Virus record (IMG/VR): IMGVR_UViG_2703718832_000004
Source: a virus
Lineage: Duplodnaviria; Heunggongvirae; Uroviricota; Caudoviricetes
Length of the DNA: 34,056 nt
Direction: 5' to 3' (one strand)
Shown here: in pieces, positions 16,454 to 26,132 of the stretch
Layout: every line of letters begins with the position of its first letter
How positions within the stretch are numbered: position 1 is the stretch's first letter
Made by a program: the position numbers and the translations under genes
Notes under the pieces: model-generated
What the model was told of the DNA's origin: nothing
Databases searched by the model: none
Seen by the model: the letters and a program-made list of their open reading frames with translations, nothing else

Positions 16454-17949
16454 TGGCCCGTGGACTCTGGGTTTCACCCAATGAGTTTGTCTCTTTTGCC
16501 GAACCCAATAAAACGCTGACGGAGCAGATCGCCTCGCGTAGCCGCTCCATCGACTTCTTCGGGCTGGGAATGTACCTGCCTAACCCTGACCCCATTCTGA
16601 AATCTCAGGGCCGGGATATCCGCATCTATCGTGAACTGCGTACCGACCCGCTGGTTGGTGGCTGCATCCGCAGGCGTAAGGCGGCGGTCAAGTCGCTGGA
16701 GCGTGGTCTTGAGCGCGGTCATGCCCCGGCGCGGGTATTCGGCTTCATCCGGGATATGCTCGACGATCTGGATTTGTCCCGCATCATTGGCGAGATGACC
16801 GACGCCGTTCTCTACGGGTATCAGCCTTGCGAGATCATGTGGGGGCGTTCTGTTAAATCCTGGGGCATCACCGATATCGTGGGTAAGCCGCCAGAGTGGT
16901 TCCAGTTCGACAATGACAACCTGCTGCGCTTTCGGGCAAAAGACGCCGGGCTGGAGGGCGAGCCGGTCCCGCTGAACAAGTTCGTGGTACCGCGTCAGGA
17001 CGCGACCTACGACAACCCGTATGGTTTCCCTGACCTGTCGATGTGCTTCTGGCCCGTGACATTCAAAAAAGGCGGCATGAAATTCTGGGTGCGCTTTGCC
17101 GAGAAGTACGGCTCACCGTGGGTTATCGGCAAGCATCCGCGCGGGACGGCCCAGGGTGAGATTGACCTGCTGCTGGACTCCATGGAGGCAATGGTGGAAG
17201 ACGCGGTGGCCGCTATCCCTGACGATTCCTCCATTGAAATTAAGGAGGCCGCAGGCAAGGCCGACAGCAGCGATATTTATCAGAACCTGATCACGCTTGC
17301 CCGCAGTGAAATCTCCATCGCTCTGCTGGGGCAGAACCAAACCACCGAGGCCAACAGTAACCGCGCCTCCGCGCAGGCCGGACTGGAGGTCACCGATGAT
17401 ATCCGTGACGCTGACGCTGATATCGTGGAAAGCGCGGTGAATCAGGCCATCAGGATGGCGGTATCGATGAACTTTGGCGATGTGGCCAGCCCCGTCTGGA
17501 AGATGTGGGAACAGGGAACGGTCGATGATACCCAGGCGACCCGCGACGAGAAACTCAGCCGCGCCGGTGTGGTCTTCACCCCGCAATACTTCAAGCGTGA
17601 GTACCAGCTGCAGGACGGCGATATTGACGAGACACCACCGTCAGAGCGCCAGAAGAACACGCTGCCGCTGTCGTTCGCCGAGGCCATAGATGCTGATATT
17701 CAGGCCCAGCAGGACCTCGATGATGCGCTGGATATTCTGATGAACGGTGGCACCTTAAACGGCGTACTTGCGCCGGTGCTGGAGCCGCTCTTTAACCAGG
17801 TGAAAGACGGCGTTGACCCGTCTGAGCTGCTGGGAGCGCTGGCTGAACTGTACCCGCAGATGAATGCGGATGACCTGCAGGAACGGCTGGCCCGTATCAT
17901 GTTTGTTGCAACTGTCTGGGGGCGTCTGCATGAGCGTGACAACGGCTGA
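16453..17949 (+). CDS. portal protein (Mu gp29-like, DUF935)
   Basis: 498 aa immediately after TerL; size and order match the Mu-type portal. Confidence 0.7.
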   Translation: MARGLWVSPNEFVSFAEPNKTLTEQIASRSRSIDFFGLGMYLPNPDPILKSQGRDIRIYRELRTDPLVGGCIRRRKAAVKSLERGLERGHAPARVFGFIRDMLDDLDLSRIIGEMTDAVLYGYQPCEIMWGRSVKSWGITDIVGKPPEWFQFDNDNLLRFRAKDAGLEGEPVPLNKFVVPRQDATYDNPYGFPDLSMCFWPVTFKKGGMKFWVRFAEKYGSPWVIGKHPRGTAQGEIDLLLDSMEAMVEDAVAAIPDDSSIEIKEAAGKADSSDIYQNLITLARSEISIALLGQNQTTEANSNRASAQAGLEVTDDIRDADADIVESAVNQAIRMAVSMNFGDVASPVWKMWEQGTVDDTQATRDEKLSRAGVVFTPQYFKREYQLQDGDIDETPPSERQKNTLPLSFAEAIDADIQAQQDLDDALDILMNGGTLNGVLAPVLEPLFNQVKDGVDPSELLGALAELYPQMNADDLQERLARIMFVATVWGRLHERDNG

Positions 17950-18751
17950 ACTGGCGTACTGCATGACGCTTCCCCCGAAGCGGGCTATCAGTTACCTGAA
18001 GTCCAAAGGGTATAGCTTCACATGGGACTGGGAGGAGATGTGGCAGGATGCCCATGCCCGCGCCTTTACCGTCGCCAAAGTGACCCGGCTGGATATTCTG
18101 GAAGATATCAGGAGCGCCCTGCAGCAGGCACTGGATGAGGGCAAGACTGACCGCTGGTTCCGCCAGCAGCTGGAGCCGGAGCTGCAGCGCAAGGGATGGT
18201 GGGGGCCACGTGACACCACCGACCCGGTAACGGGCGAGCCGGTCACCATCCAGCAGGGCAGCCCGTGGCGGCTCGACACCATCTTTCGTACCAATATGTC
18301 CGTACTCTACAGTGCCGGTCGCTGGGCGGAGCAGATGGAGAACGTCGACGACAGGCCGTACTGGATGTATACCGGCATCAACGACAGCCATACCCGCAAG
18401 AGCCATCTGGCGCTGCATGGTCTGGTACTGCGCTATGATGACCCGTTCTGGCAGGCGTTCTACCCGCCGAACGGCTGGCGCTGCCGCTGTGGCGTCATTG
18501 CCCTGAGCGCGGCGGATGTGCGTGCCCGTGGCCTCAAGGTGTCAGATTCTGGCACAGCCATGGGATGGGAGTTGAAGCTGGTCTCAGAGAAAACAGGCGA
18601 GATGCAGAACGTCGCCACCTTCAATACCGGCACCACGAAGGTAGCCACCGACGTCGGCTGGTCTTACGCGCCGGGGGCAGCATACCGTCCCGACCTTGCC
18701 CGCTATCAGGGTACGCTTCAACCGCTGGCACAGCAGGAACTGAGAGGATAA
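17930..18751 (+). CDS. head morphogenesis protein (Mu F-like / SPP1 gp7 family)
   Basis: 273 aa from ATG 17930 (listed ORF starts upstream inside the portal gene); follows portal as in Mu. Confidence 0.6.
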   Translation: MSVTTAELAYCMTLPPKRAISYLKSKGYSFTWDWEEMWQDAHARAFTVAKVTRLDILEDIRSALQQALDEGKTDRWFRQQLEPELQRKGWWGPRDTTDPVTGEPVTIQQGSPWRLDTIFRTNMSVLYSAGRWAEQMENVDDRPYWMYTGINDSHTRKSHLALHGLVLRYDDPFWQAFYPPNGWRCRCGVIALSAADVRARGLKVSDSGTAMGWELKLVSEKTGEMQNVATFNTGTTKVATDVGWSYAPGAAYRPDLARYQGTLQPLAQQELRG

Positions 18752-18753
18752 CG

Positions 18754-19212
18754 ATGGCTTCCGATAACCTGGTCAATATCACCATTAACGATGAATCCCT
18801 GCGCCGGAGCCTCCGTGCGCTGGACCTGGCTGCCACAGACCTGGAACCCGCAATGCGCAAAATCGCCGGAACCCTGCTGACAGAGACGCAGTTTAACTTT
18901 CTCGATGAGGGACGTCCGGGGTGGACTCCCTCGCTGGCAGCAGATGAGCGCGACGGGCAAACACTGCAGGATACCGGGCGTCTGATGGGGTCAGTATCAA
19001 CCGACCATGACGACCGGCAGGCAGCGGTTGGCACTAATGTCGTTTATGCGCCGATTCACCAGTTCGGTGGTAAAACGGGGCGTAATGAGTCCGTTGAACT
19101 TCCAGCCCGTCCGTTCCTGCCGCTGACAGGGGACGGTGAGCTGCAGCCTGAAGTGGTTGTCCCCATCCTCGATACGATTGTCCGCCATCTTGAAGCAGCG
19201 GCCCGTCGCTGA
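18754..19212 (+). CDS. virion morphogenesis protein (Mu G-like)
   Basis: 152 aa from ATG 18754 with GAGAGGA RBS; position after F-like gene. Confidence 0.55.
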   Translation: MASDNLVNITINDESLRRSLRALDLAATDLEPAMRKIAGTLLTETQFNFLDEGRPGWTPSLAADERDGQTLQDTGRLMGSVSTDHDDRQAAVGTNVVYAPIHQFGGKTGRNESVELPARPFLPLTGDGELQPEVVVPILDTIVRHLEAAARR

Positions 19213-19255
19213 GTTTTGTCTCTACAGGCGGGGATTTATCATTGCCAGCCGCTGA

Positions 19256-19291
19256 GGGGCTGTATTACCTTTATAAAGGCTTTACAGCCCC
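19256..19291. promoter_or_regulatory. 36-bp near-perfect palindrome between G-like and I-like genes
   Basis: GGGGCTGTA-tta-CCTTTATAAAGG-ctt-TACAGCCCC; only two 3-nt bubbles break the symmetry; centre CCTTTATAAAGG resembles the late-operon motif half CCTTTAA. Confidence 0.5.
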
Positions 19292-19425
19292 CGCTTTGCA
19301 CCACTATTTGCCCGCAGCGTGACATTCCCCGTACTGATACCCCCGATTTTTTCTAAAGCAGATTAAAAGCGCTGCTGATGCTTTTTCCACAGACTGTCCC
19401 CGACAACGTAACGCGGGACAGCAAA

Positions 19426-20523
19426 ATGCCAGCCATTCACATTTTTAAAGCCGGTACTCATACCGATATGCACGGCACGAAACTGCCGTTCACGCAAAGC
19501 GATCTTGCCGCCTGCGTGAAATCCTATGACCCGTCCGTCCATGAAGCACCACTCGTTATTGGCCACCCCAAAACGGAAGACCCGGCGTGGGGCTGGGTGA
19601 AATCCCTGTCGCTTAACGGCGGCGATCTGCTGGCAGAGCCTGACCAGCTCGACCCGCAGTTTGCCGAACTGGTGGGCAACGGACGATTCAAGAAGGTCTC
19701 CGCCTCGTTCTATCTCCCTGACTCACCGAACAACCCGAAGCCCGGCACGCTTTACCTGCGTCATGTCGGTTTTCTGGGCGCACAGCCACCTTCCATTAAG
19801 GGGCTGAAGCAGGTCTCGTTTGGTGAGAAAGAAGAAGGCGTCGTGGAGTTTGCCGACTGGAGTGATATCACCAATGCCTCTTTATGGGGCCGTCTGCGCG
19901 ATTTTCTGATCGCCCAGTTCGGGCTGGACGAGACCGACAAGGTGCTTCCTTCATGGCAGGTTGATTCCCTGCGCGAAGAGGCTTACCGCGACACCGGGAA
20001 GTCTGAACCGGACTTCAGTGAACACAATCCCAACCCTCAACAAGAGAACAGCACCATGACTGAAGAAGAAATCAAAGCCCTTCAGGCGGAAAACACGCGT
20101 CTGAAAGCGGAAGCCACCCAGCGGGCGGAACAGGAAGCAAAGACCAGGCAGGACAAGCTGCACGCGGACAACGTCTCCTTTGCCGAGAAGCTGGTTGGCG
20201 ATGGCCGACTGGCCCCCAAAGCGAAGTCGGTTGTCGTGGCCATTCTTGACGCTGTCTCTGCAGGTGACAAGCCGGTTGAGTTTGCCGAAGGCGATACCCG
20301 CACCCCGCTGGCCACGGCGTTTAAGACGCTGCTGAACAGCACTGATCCGGTACTGAATTTCAGTGAACACGCGACCAAAGACCGCGTGAGCACTGATATC
20401 AAAACGACGACAGCGGAGTTTGCTGAAGCCGACCCGGAACGTCTGGCGCTGCATCAGAAAGCGCTGGAACTGTCGAAAAAAGAAGGCATCAGCTACGACG
20501 CTGCTGTCTCCCGCTGCCTGTAA
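19426..20523 (+). CDS. head protease/scaffold protein (Mu I-like)
   Basis: 365 aa from internal ATG 19426; directly upstream of the major head subunit as in Mu (I then T). Confidence 0.6.
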   Translation: MPAIHIFKAGTHTDMHGTKLPFTQSDLAACVKSYDPSVHEAPLVIGHPKTEDPAWGWVKSLSLNGGDLLAEPDQLDPQFAELVGNGRFKKVSASFYLPDSPNNPKPGTLYLRHVGFLGAQPPSIKGLKQVSFGEKEEGVVEFADWSDITNASLWGRLRDFLIAQFGLDETDKVLPSWQVDSLREEAYRDTGKSEPDFSEHNPNPQQENSTMTEEEIKALQAENTRLKAEATQRAEQEAKTRQDKLHADNVSFAEKLVGDGRLAPKAKSVVVAILDAVSAGDKPVEFAEGDTRTPLATAFKTLLNSTDPVLNFSEHATKDRVSTDIKTTTAEFAEADPERLALHQKALELSKKEGISYDAAVSRCL

Positions 20524-20536
20524 TTAAGGAGAGAAC

Positions 20537-21490
20537 ATGTCTGACTATTTAAAGGGTAAGCGCGTCGTTGACCCGGTGCTGACCAGCATCGCTCGCGGTT
20601 ATAAAAATGCCGCGTTCATCGGCGAGCGCATTTTCCCCATTGTCCTTACCGATAAGGAAGGTGTGACCGTACCGACCTTCGGTAAATCCGCTTTTGTGGA
20701 GTATGACACCGAGCGTGCCGTGGGGGCTGACAGTAACGTTCTGGTGCGTGAGAAAACCGGCAAACTGGATCTAGTACTCAACGAGCACGATCTGGCCGCA
20801 CCGGTGGACTATCGCGAGCAGGCGGAGTCGATGTTCAACGAAGAAGCCAAAGCCATTCGCCGTGTAACCAGCGGCGTCAACCTGAAACGCGAACTGTATG
20901 CGGCCCGTCTGGCCCAGGACAAGAACGTCTATCGCGCGGCTAACGTCAAAGCGCTGGCTGCGGCTGACCGCTGGGTTGGTGGTAAAGGTGACCCGATTGG
21001 CATCATTGAAGGCGGGATTGAAGCGGTGCGTAACGTCACCGGCCTGCGTCCGAACCTGATGACCATGGGGGCAAGCGTCATGTCACTGCTGAAGTTCCAC
21101 CCGGCGATTCAGGCAGCGATTGGTGCTAACGAGCGCAAGCGTATCACCATCGAAATTCTGAAAGACCTTTTCCAGCTGGAAGATGTGGTGGTCGGCGAGC
21201 CGGTCTCCATGGCCTCCATGAAAGCCGCGCAGAACAAGGACAAAGTCCCGACCGATATCTGGGGCGACAACCTGATGCTGCATTACGTCGGCAAACCCCA
21301 GCCGGGCACCGACAGCGCCGACGAAAACGAGCCGTCCTTCGGTTACACCCTGCGCCGTAAAGGGATGCCGGTGGCGGATAAATATGACGGCGTCGGCGGC
21401 AAGGTGAAGTACTGCCGTTATACCGATATCTACAAAGTCGCCGTGGTCGGTGGCGATGCCGGGTATCTCGTCACCAACATTGTGAAATAA
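20537..21490 (+). CDS. major head subunit (Mu T-like)
   Basis: 317 aa, strong RBS AAGGAGAG, position after the protease/scaffold gene. Confidence 0.7.
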   Translation: MSDYLKGKRVVDPVLTSIARGYKNAAFIGERIFPIVLTDKEGVTVPTFGKSAFVEYDTERAVGADSNVLVREKTGKLDLVLNEHDLAAPVDYREQAESMFNEEAKAIRRVTSGVNLKRELYAARLAQDKNVYRAANVKALAAADRWVGGKGDPIGIIEGGIEAVRNVTGLRPNLMTMGASVMSLLKFHPAIQAAIGANERKRITIEILKDLFQLEDVVVGEPVSMASMKAAQNKDKVPTDIWGDNLMLHYVGKPQPGTDSADENEPSFGYTLRRKGMPVADKYDGVGGKVKYCRYTDIYKVAVVGGDAGYLVTNIVK

Positions 21491-21500
21491 GGAGACGGTC

Positions 21501-21857
21501 ATGGGTACAACTCAGCAGGTCATTCTGACCACTACCGTGACGGCCAGCGCGACGCTAACGCAACAGCGCTTTGTCGGTGCCGATAATGCGCCCTGTCAGG
21601 CCGGAGCCGTCGCGCTCGGCGTGGCAGAGGTGGATGCCGCTGCCGGTGATGTAACCCCGGTCAACGTACTGGGTATTGTTGCCGTCGAGGCCGGTGCGGC
21701 AGTCTCCAGAGGGCAGATCGTTCAGTCGGATGCGAACGCCTGCGCCGTTCCTCAGGTCCCCGCAGCCGGTGAGACCCCGGCGGGCATTTCTGCCGGGATT
21801 GCGCTGGATGATGCACTGGCCGAAGGCGACGTTATCCGCATCCTGCGCGGGGTGTGA
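21501..21857 (+). CDS. small Ala/Val-rich head-associated protein (possibly DUF2190-type)
   Basis: 118 aa with AAGGAGA RBS directly after the major head gene. Confidence 0.5.
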   Translation: MGTTQQVILTTTVTASATLTQQRFVGADNAPCQAGAVALGVAEVDAAAGDVTPVNVLGIVAVEAGAAVSRGQIVQSDANACAVPQVPAAGETPAGISAGIALDDALAEGDVIRILRGV

Positions 21858-21858
21858 T

Positions 21859-22305
21859 ATGTACTGCACCCTCGCGGATTTGCTTGAACAGGTTCCTGAG
21901 CGGACGCTTATCCAGCTCACCAACGAGGAGCTGGACTTCGACTCGCCCGCGACGGTGAAAACTGAGGTGGTGGACAGCTGTATTCGCTATGCCGATGAAC
22001 TGATTGATGCCCATCTGCGCGGACGCTATACCCTGCCGCTGGCGGAGATACCGACCGTTCTGCGCGACATTGCCATCACGCTGGTGCGTTACCGGCTCTA
22101 CACCCGCCGCCCAGAAGGGGCTGTCCCGGATACCGTGAAGGATGACCACAAAGAGGCCCGGCGACAGTTGGAGGGGTTGCGTGACAACAAGCTGACGCTG
22201 GGGCTGCAGTCCACTCAGAAGGACGTGCCCGAGTCCGGTGAAATCCGGGCACGGGCACGCCGCCCCACCTTTGGCGGGCGCGACGGCTTACTGGAGAAAT
22301 ACTGA
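21859..22305 (+). CDS. head-tail connector region protein (Mu gp36-like, DUF1320)
   Basis: 148 aa from ATG 21859; position matches Mu gp36. Confidence 0.5.
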   Translation: MYCTLADLLEQVPERTLIQLTNEELDFDSPATVKTEVVDSCIRYADELIDAHLRGRYTLPLAEIPTVLRDIAITLVRYRLYTRRPEGAVPDTVKDDHKEARRQLEGLRDNKLTLGLQSTQKDVPESGEIRARARRPTFGGRDGLLEKY

Positions 22306-22769
22306 TGAACGTTCTGCCCGTCCTCGATGCAGTACTGACCCGGTTACGGGAGAAGCTGCCGCAGCTGCAGGTGGAGTACTTCCCGGAGAAACCGGCTGAG
22401 TATCGCCTGAATCATCCGGTTGGGGCGCTGCTGGTGAGCTATGCCGGGTCGCGCTTCGATAAGCCGAATGATATCGGTGCGGTACTCCAGCCTCAGACTA
22501 TCCAGCTCTGCGTGACTGTGGTCTTTCGCCAGCTCAACGGTAAAAGAGGCGCGATTGACGTTCTGGATGCAGTCCGTCGCATCCTCGGTGGCTACACCCC
22601 GCCGAACTGCCGCCGTCGCATCTGGCTGACCCGCGAGGTGTTTATCGGTGAGGTCAAGGGGCTGTGGCAGTACGCCCTCGACTTTGCCACTGAAAGCGTC
22701 TTTATCGAAGACAGCGATTTACCGTCCGGCCCGCTGTTAACCGAAGTGAACTATGAGGAAAGCGAGTGA
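22305..22769 (+). CDS. phage protein (Mu gp37-like, DUF1834)
   Basis: 154 aa, ATGA coupling to upstream gene, conserved order. Confidence 0.5.
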   Translation: MNVLPVLDAVLTRLREKLPQLQVEYFPEKPAEYRLNHPVGALLVSYAGSRFDKPNDIGAVLQPQTIQLCVTVVFRQLNGKRGAIDVLDAVRRILGGYTPPNCRRRIWLTREVFIGEVKGLWQYALDFATESVFIEDSDLPSGPLLTEVNYEESE

Positions 22770-23020
22770 TGAAAGAATACCGCTATTCCGGCCCGGCCAG
22801 CGGCGTCACGCTGTCGGACGGAACCGAAATACTGCTCTGGCCGGGGAAGAACGTTTCCCTGCCTGAGGAGCATGACTATGTGACGGTACTGGTGGCGCTG
22901 AAGCATCTGACGCCGGTACCTGAAGAAGCCAAACCCGCCAGCACACCGGCTGTGCAGTTACCAAAGCGTAAGAACGGTGGCGACAACGATGTGAAACCGG
23001 AGGACTCCAATGTCAGCTAA
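22766..23020 (+). CDS. small phage protein preceding tail sheath (Mu gp38-like position)
   Basis: 84 aa ORF, overlapping start/stop with neighbours. Confidence 0.45.
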   Translation: MMKEYRYSGPASGVTLSDGTEILLWPGKNVSLPEEHDYVTVLVALKHLTPVPEEAKPASTPAVQLPKRKNGGDNDVKPEDSNVS

Positions 23021-24437
23021 CTATCTGCACGGCGTCGAAACCATTGAAGTGGAAAACGGTGCCCGCCCGGTTAAGACGGTGAAATCTGCCGTTATTGGCC
23101 TGATTGGTACCGCCCCGATGGGGAACGTCAATACGCTGGTTCAGTGCCTGTCTGAGAAAGATGCCGCCGCGTTTGGTAGCCAGCTCACCGGTTTTACCAT
23201 TCCGCAGGCGCTGGATGCGATCTACGACCATGGTGCAGGCACCGTTCTGGTCATTAACGTTCTTGATCCGGCAGTGCATAAAACCGCTGTGGCCGATGAA
23301 GACGTAACGTTCGACAAGGCAACAGGTAAAGCCAGACTGGCCAACCCGGTGGTCGCGCAGCTGGTACTGAAACCGGACAGCGATGGTCAGCCTTATGTGG
23401 AGGGTCAGGACTACTCGCTTGATGCACAGACCGGGGTGATTACCAACCTTGGTAAGAGCATTGCCGCAGATGCAACGGTGAAGGCCAGCTATAACTATGC
23501 TGATCCAACCAAAGTCACCCCGGCTGATATCATTGGTGCCGTTAACACCGCAGGCAACCGAATCGGCATGAAGCTGCTTAACGACAGCTTCAACCTGTTT
23601 GGCTACTTCGCCAAAATTCTGATTTCCCCGGTATTCTGCACCCAGAACAGCGTCTCGGTTGAGCTTATCGCCATGGCTGAGAAGCTGGGCGCGGTGACTT
23701 ACATCGACGCGCCGATTGGTACCACTTTTGCGCAGGCTCTGGCGGGGCGTGGCCCGGAAGGCACCATTAACTTCAATACCAGCTCCGATCGCGTCCGTCT
23801 GTGCTACCCGCACGTCAAAGTATACGACGCGGCTACCAACAGCGAACGGCTGGAGCCACTGAGCCAGCGTGCTGCAGGTCTGCGTGCCAAGGTCGACCTG
23901 GACAAGGGCTACTGGTGGTCGTCCTCCAACCAGGAGATTCTCGGCATCACCGGTGTGGAGCGCCAGCTGTCGGCCATGATTGACGACCCGCAGAGTGAGG
24001 TGAACCTGCTCAACGAACAGGGCATCACTACGGTCTTCAGCAGCTACGGCAGCGGCCTGCGTCTGTGGGGCAACCGTATGGCGGCATGGCCAACGGTCAC
24101 CCATATGCGCAACTTTGAGAACGTTCGCCGTACCGGTGATGTGATCAACGAGTCCCTGCGTTACTTCAGCCAGCAGTACATCGACATGCCGATTACCCAG
24201 GCGCTGATTGATGCGCTGACGGAGTCGGTCAACGCCTACGGTCGCAAGCTGATTGGCGACGGTGCGCTGCTGGGCTTCAGCTGCTGGTTTGATCCGGCCC
24301 GCAACGAAGAGACGGAGCTTGCCGCCGGTCACCTGTTGCTGAGCTACAAATACACGCCACCACCACCGCTGGAGCGACTGACGTTTGAGACCGAGATCAC
24401 CTCGGAATACCTGTTAACCCTGAAGGGGAATAGCTGA
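23010..24437 (+). CDS. contractile tail sheath protein
   Basis: 475 aa, immediately upstream of the tube protein; size and order typical of Mu L / P2 FI. Confidence 0.75.
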   Translation: MSANYLHGVETIEVENGARPVKTVKSAVIGLIGTAPMGNVNTLVQCLSEKDAAAFGSQLTGFTIPQALDAIYDHGAGTVLVINVLDPAVHKTAVADEDVTFDKATGKARLANPVVAQLVLKPDSDGQPYVEGQDYSLDAQTGVITNLGKSIAADATVKASYNYADPTKVTPADIIGAVNTAGNRIGMKLLNDSFNLFGYFAKILISPVFCTQNSVSVELIAMAEKLGAVTYIDAPIGTTFAQALAGRGPEGTINFNTSSDRVRLCYPHVKVYDAATNSERLEPLSQRAAGLRAKVDLDKGYWWSSSNQEILGITGVERQLSAMIDDPQSEVNLLNEQGITTVFSSYGSGLRLWGNRMAAWPTVTHMRNFENVRRTGDVINESLRYFSQQYIDMPITQALIDALTESVNAYGRKLIGDGALLGFSCWFDPARNEETELAAGHLLLSYKYTPPPPLERLTFETEITSEYLLTLKGNS

Positions 24438-24958
24438 TGGCAAAGATTGAGATCAACCGCATCACGAATGCCAACATCTACCTGGATGGCGCTAACCTGC
24501 TGGGCCGGGCCGAGGAGGTCAAACTCCCGGACGTCTCCATGACAATGCAGGAGCATAAGGCGCTGGGGATGGTGGGCAAGGTGGAACTCCCGGCAGGCTT
24601 CGACAAGCTTGAGGGCGAGATCAAGTGGAACAGCTTTTACCGCGACGCGATGCTGTCTGCTGCGAACCCGTATAAGTCGCTGGCGCTGCAGTGTCGCTCC
24701 AGCGTCCAGCGCTACAGTTCGCAGGGGCTGATTGACGAAATCCCGCTGGTCACTTTCCTGACGATCATGTTCAAGAAGAACCCGCTGGGGACGTTCAAAC
24801 AGCACGAGAACGCCGAGTTCTCCAGTAGCTTCACCTGCACGTACATCAAGCAGGTACTGGATGGTGAAGAACTGCTGGAGCTGGACTATCTGGCCAACAT
24901 TTTCCGCGTCGGCGGCGTTGACCAGTTGACTGACTATCGGATTAATATCGGAGGGTAA
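24437..24958 (+). CDS. tail tube protein
   Basis: 173 aa immediately after the sheath; size and order typical of Mu M / P2 FII. Confidence 0.7.
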   Translation: MAKIEINRITNANIYLDGANLLGRAEEVKLPDVSMTMQEHKALGMVGKVELPAGFDKLEGEIKWNSFYRDAMLSAANPYKSLALQCRSSVQRYSSQGLIDEIPLVTFLTIMFKKNPLGTFKQHENAEFSSSFTCTYIKQVLDGEELLELDYLANIFRVGGVDQLTDYRINIGG

Positions 24959-24960
24959 TT

Positions 24961-25254
24961 ATGGTGGTACCCAAAGTTGAGCGCAAAACGATAGACGACC
25001 TGGTGGCGTCGCTGAGTTATCAGACCCACCACTTTCCGGGCACCACGCTGACAATTGCTGTCGCGCTGATGCCAGATGGCTTTATGGTCAGCAGTGGATT
25101 CAGCGCCACGGCGCATCCGGGTTTGTTCGATGAAGAGACCGGCAGGAAGGTGGCCATCGCTAAAGCGCAGCACAATGCGACTGAAGCGCTGTGGCAGTTT
25201 GAGGGGTACAGGCTGAAGTCCCAGCTGGCATCAGGGAACCACGATGACCGTTGA
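24961..25254 (+). CDS. hypothetical small protein between tube and tail chaperone
   Basis: 97 aa with GGAGGG RBS. Confidence 0.5.
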   Translation: MVVPKVERKTIDDLVASLSYQTHHFPGTTLTIAVALMPDGFMVSSGFSATAHPGLFDEETGRKVAIAKAQHNATEALWQFEGYRLKSQLASGNHDDR

Positions 25255-25525
25255 GATCGAAGATAAAGTCGGGAACTGTGGTTCGATTGGCATGGGGAAT
25301 GGCACCTGGTTTACCATCCTCGATATTCCGGGGGTGGAAAACCTTTTTAATACCCGTAAAACCAATGACCCGATTGACTGCACACGCTCTAAAGCACGAA
25401 AGCTCGCTGACCTGATTGAGGCATGGGAGCCACCTGACCACTGGTTCACCGGCATCGGCAAATCTGAAGGAAAGGCACTTCTTATCGCCTTCCTGCGTAA
25501 CTGCAAAGGCTTTCGCACTCGCTGA
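25244..25525 (+). CDS. hypothetical small protein between tube and tail chaperone
   Basis: 93 aa ORF, overlaps the upstream gene by 11 nt. Confidence 0.45.
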   Translation: MTVEIEDKVGNCGSIGMGNGTWFTILDIPGVENLFNTRKTNDPIDCTRSKARKLADLIEAWEPPDHWFTGIGKSEGKALLIAFLRNCKGFRTR

Positions 25526-25527
25526 CT

Positions 25528-25558
25528 CACAGGGGCTTCGGCCCCTTTCTTCTTAATC
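25528..25558 (+). terminator. intrinsic terminator-like hairpin (CACAGGGGC-TTCG-GCCCC followed by TTTCTTCTT)
   Basis: Seen directly: GC stem with TTCG tetraloop and T-rich tail, right after the stop of the 93-aa gene. Confidence 0.55.
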
Positions 25559-25582
25559 CCCTTTAATATCCGTCACGCTCAC
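25557..25582 (+). promoter_or_regulatory. conserved late-operon motif copy 2 (CCCCTTTAATATCCGTCACGCTCACC) upstream of tail chaperone
   Basis: Core CTTTAATATCCG starts 62 nt before the chaperone ATG, the same spacing as copy 1 before the holin ATG (61 nt). Confidence 0.5.
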
Positions 25583-25622
25583 CTCCAGACATACTGCTCT
25601 GAACTTACAAAGGAGCACGATC

Positions 25623-25937
25623 ATGTCACAGACCCAATCCGATACTTTTAAGCTGTCTTACCCCTTCACCACCGCAGCAGGCACCAGAGTTGAGCAGGTT
25701 GAACTGAAACGCCTAACGGTCAAAGACCTGAAGCAGGTGCGCAAAATCAGTAAAGACCCGGCGGACTGGGACGAGCCGCTGATTGCCCGTAGCACCGGTA
25801 TTCTCTCCGAAGACCTCGACAATATGGATCTTGCCGATTACATGGAGCTGCAGAAACGATTTCAGCAAGTCACTGGGCTGGGCAAAAGCGACGAAAACGC
25901 TGATGCAGGCGCAGGGTCTGCTGGCGAGGTGGTTTAG
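25623..25937 (+). CDS. tail assembly chaperone (P2 gpE / lambda G-like)
   Basis: 104 aa, acidic, between tube and tape measure; a +1-frame ORF extension overlaps its 3' end. Confidence 0.6.
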   Translation: MSQTQSDTFKLSYPFTTAAGTRVEQVELKRLTVKDLKQVRKISKDPADWDEPLIARSTGILSEDLDNMDLADYMELQKRFQQVTGLGKSDENADAGAGSAGEVV

Positions 25938-26040
25938 ATTTCAGCCGGGGGAGATTGATGCCCTCGATACTGACGATCTGGAGATGTGGCTGGAGCAGGC
26001 TGAAGAGCAAATCAAAAGCGAGTTCGGCGACAATCAGTAA
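25879..26040 (+). other. +1-frame extension of the tail chaperone (candidate programmed frameshift product)
   Basis: Frame +1 is open from inside the chaperone gene to 26040 and encodes ...FQPGEIDALDTDDLEMWLEQAEEQIKSEFGDNQ. The listed ORF begins on TTG and has no plausible independent start. Candidate shift site at the chaperone terminal GTT TAG (25932..25937). Confidence 0.45.
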
Positions 26041-26132
26041 CAACTCATCACTTAACAGCCGCCACTCGCGGCTGTTCTGCATGGCTCTCAGACATTTTCC
26101 TTCCGTTTTTCCGCTTTCAGAGGATAACCACC

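Noticed and set aside
23013-24332. 439-aa ORF on the minus strand across the tail sheath gene
   Set aside because: Entirely antisense to a well-supported structural gene in GC-rich DNA, with no RBS context; long antisense ORFs are expected by chance at this GC content.
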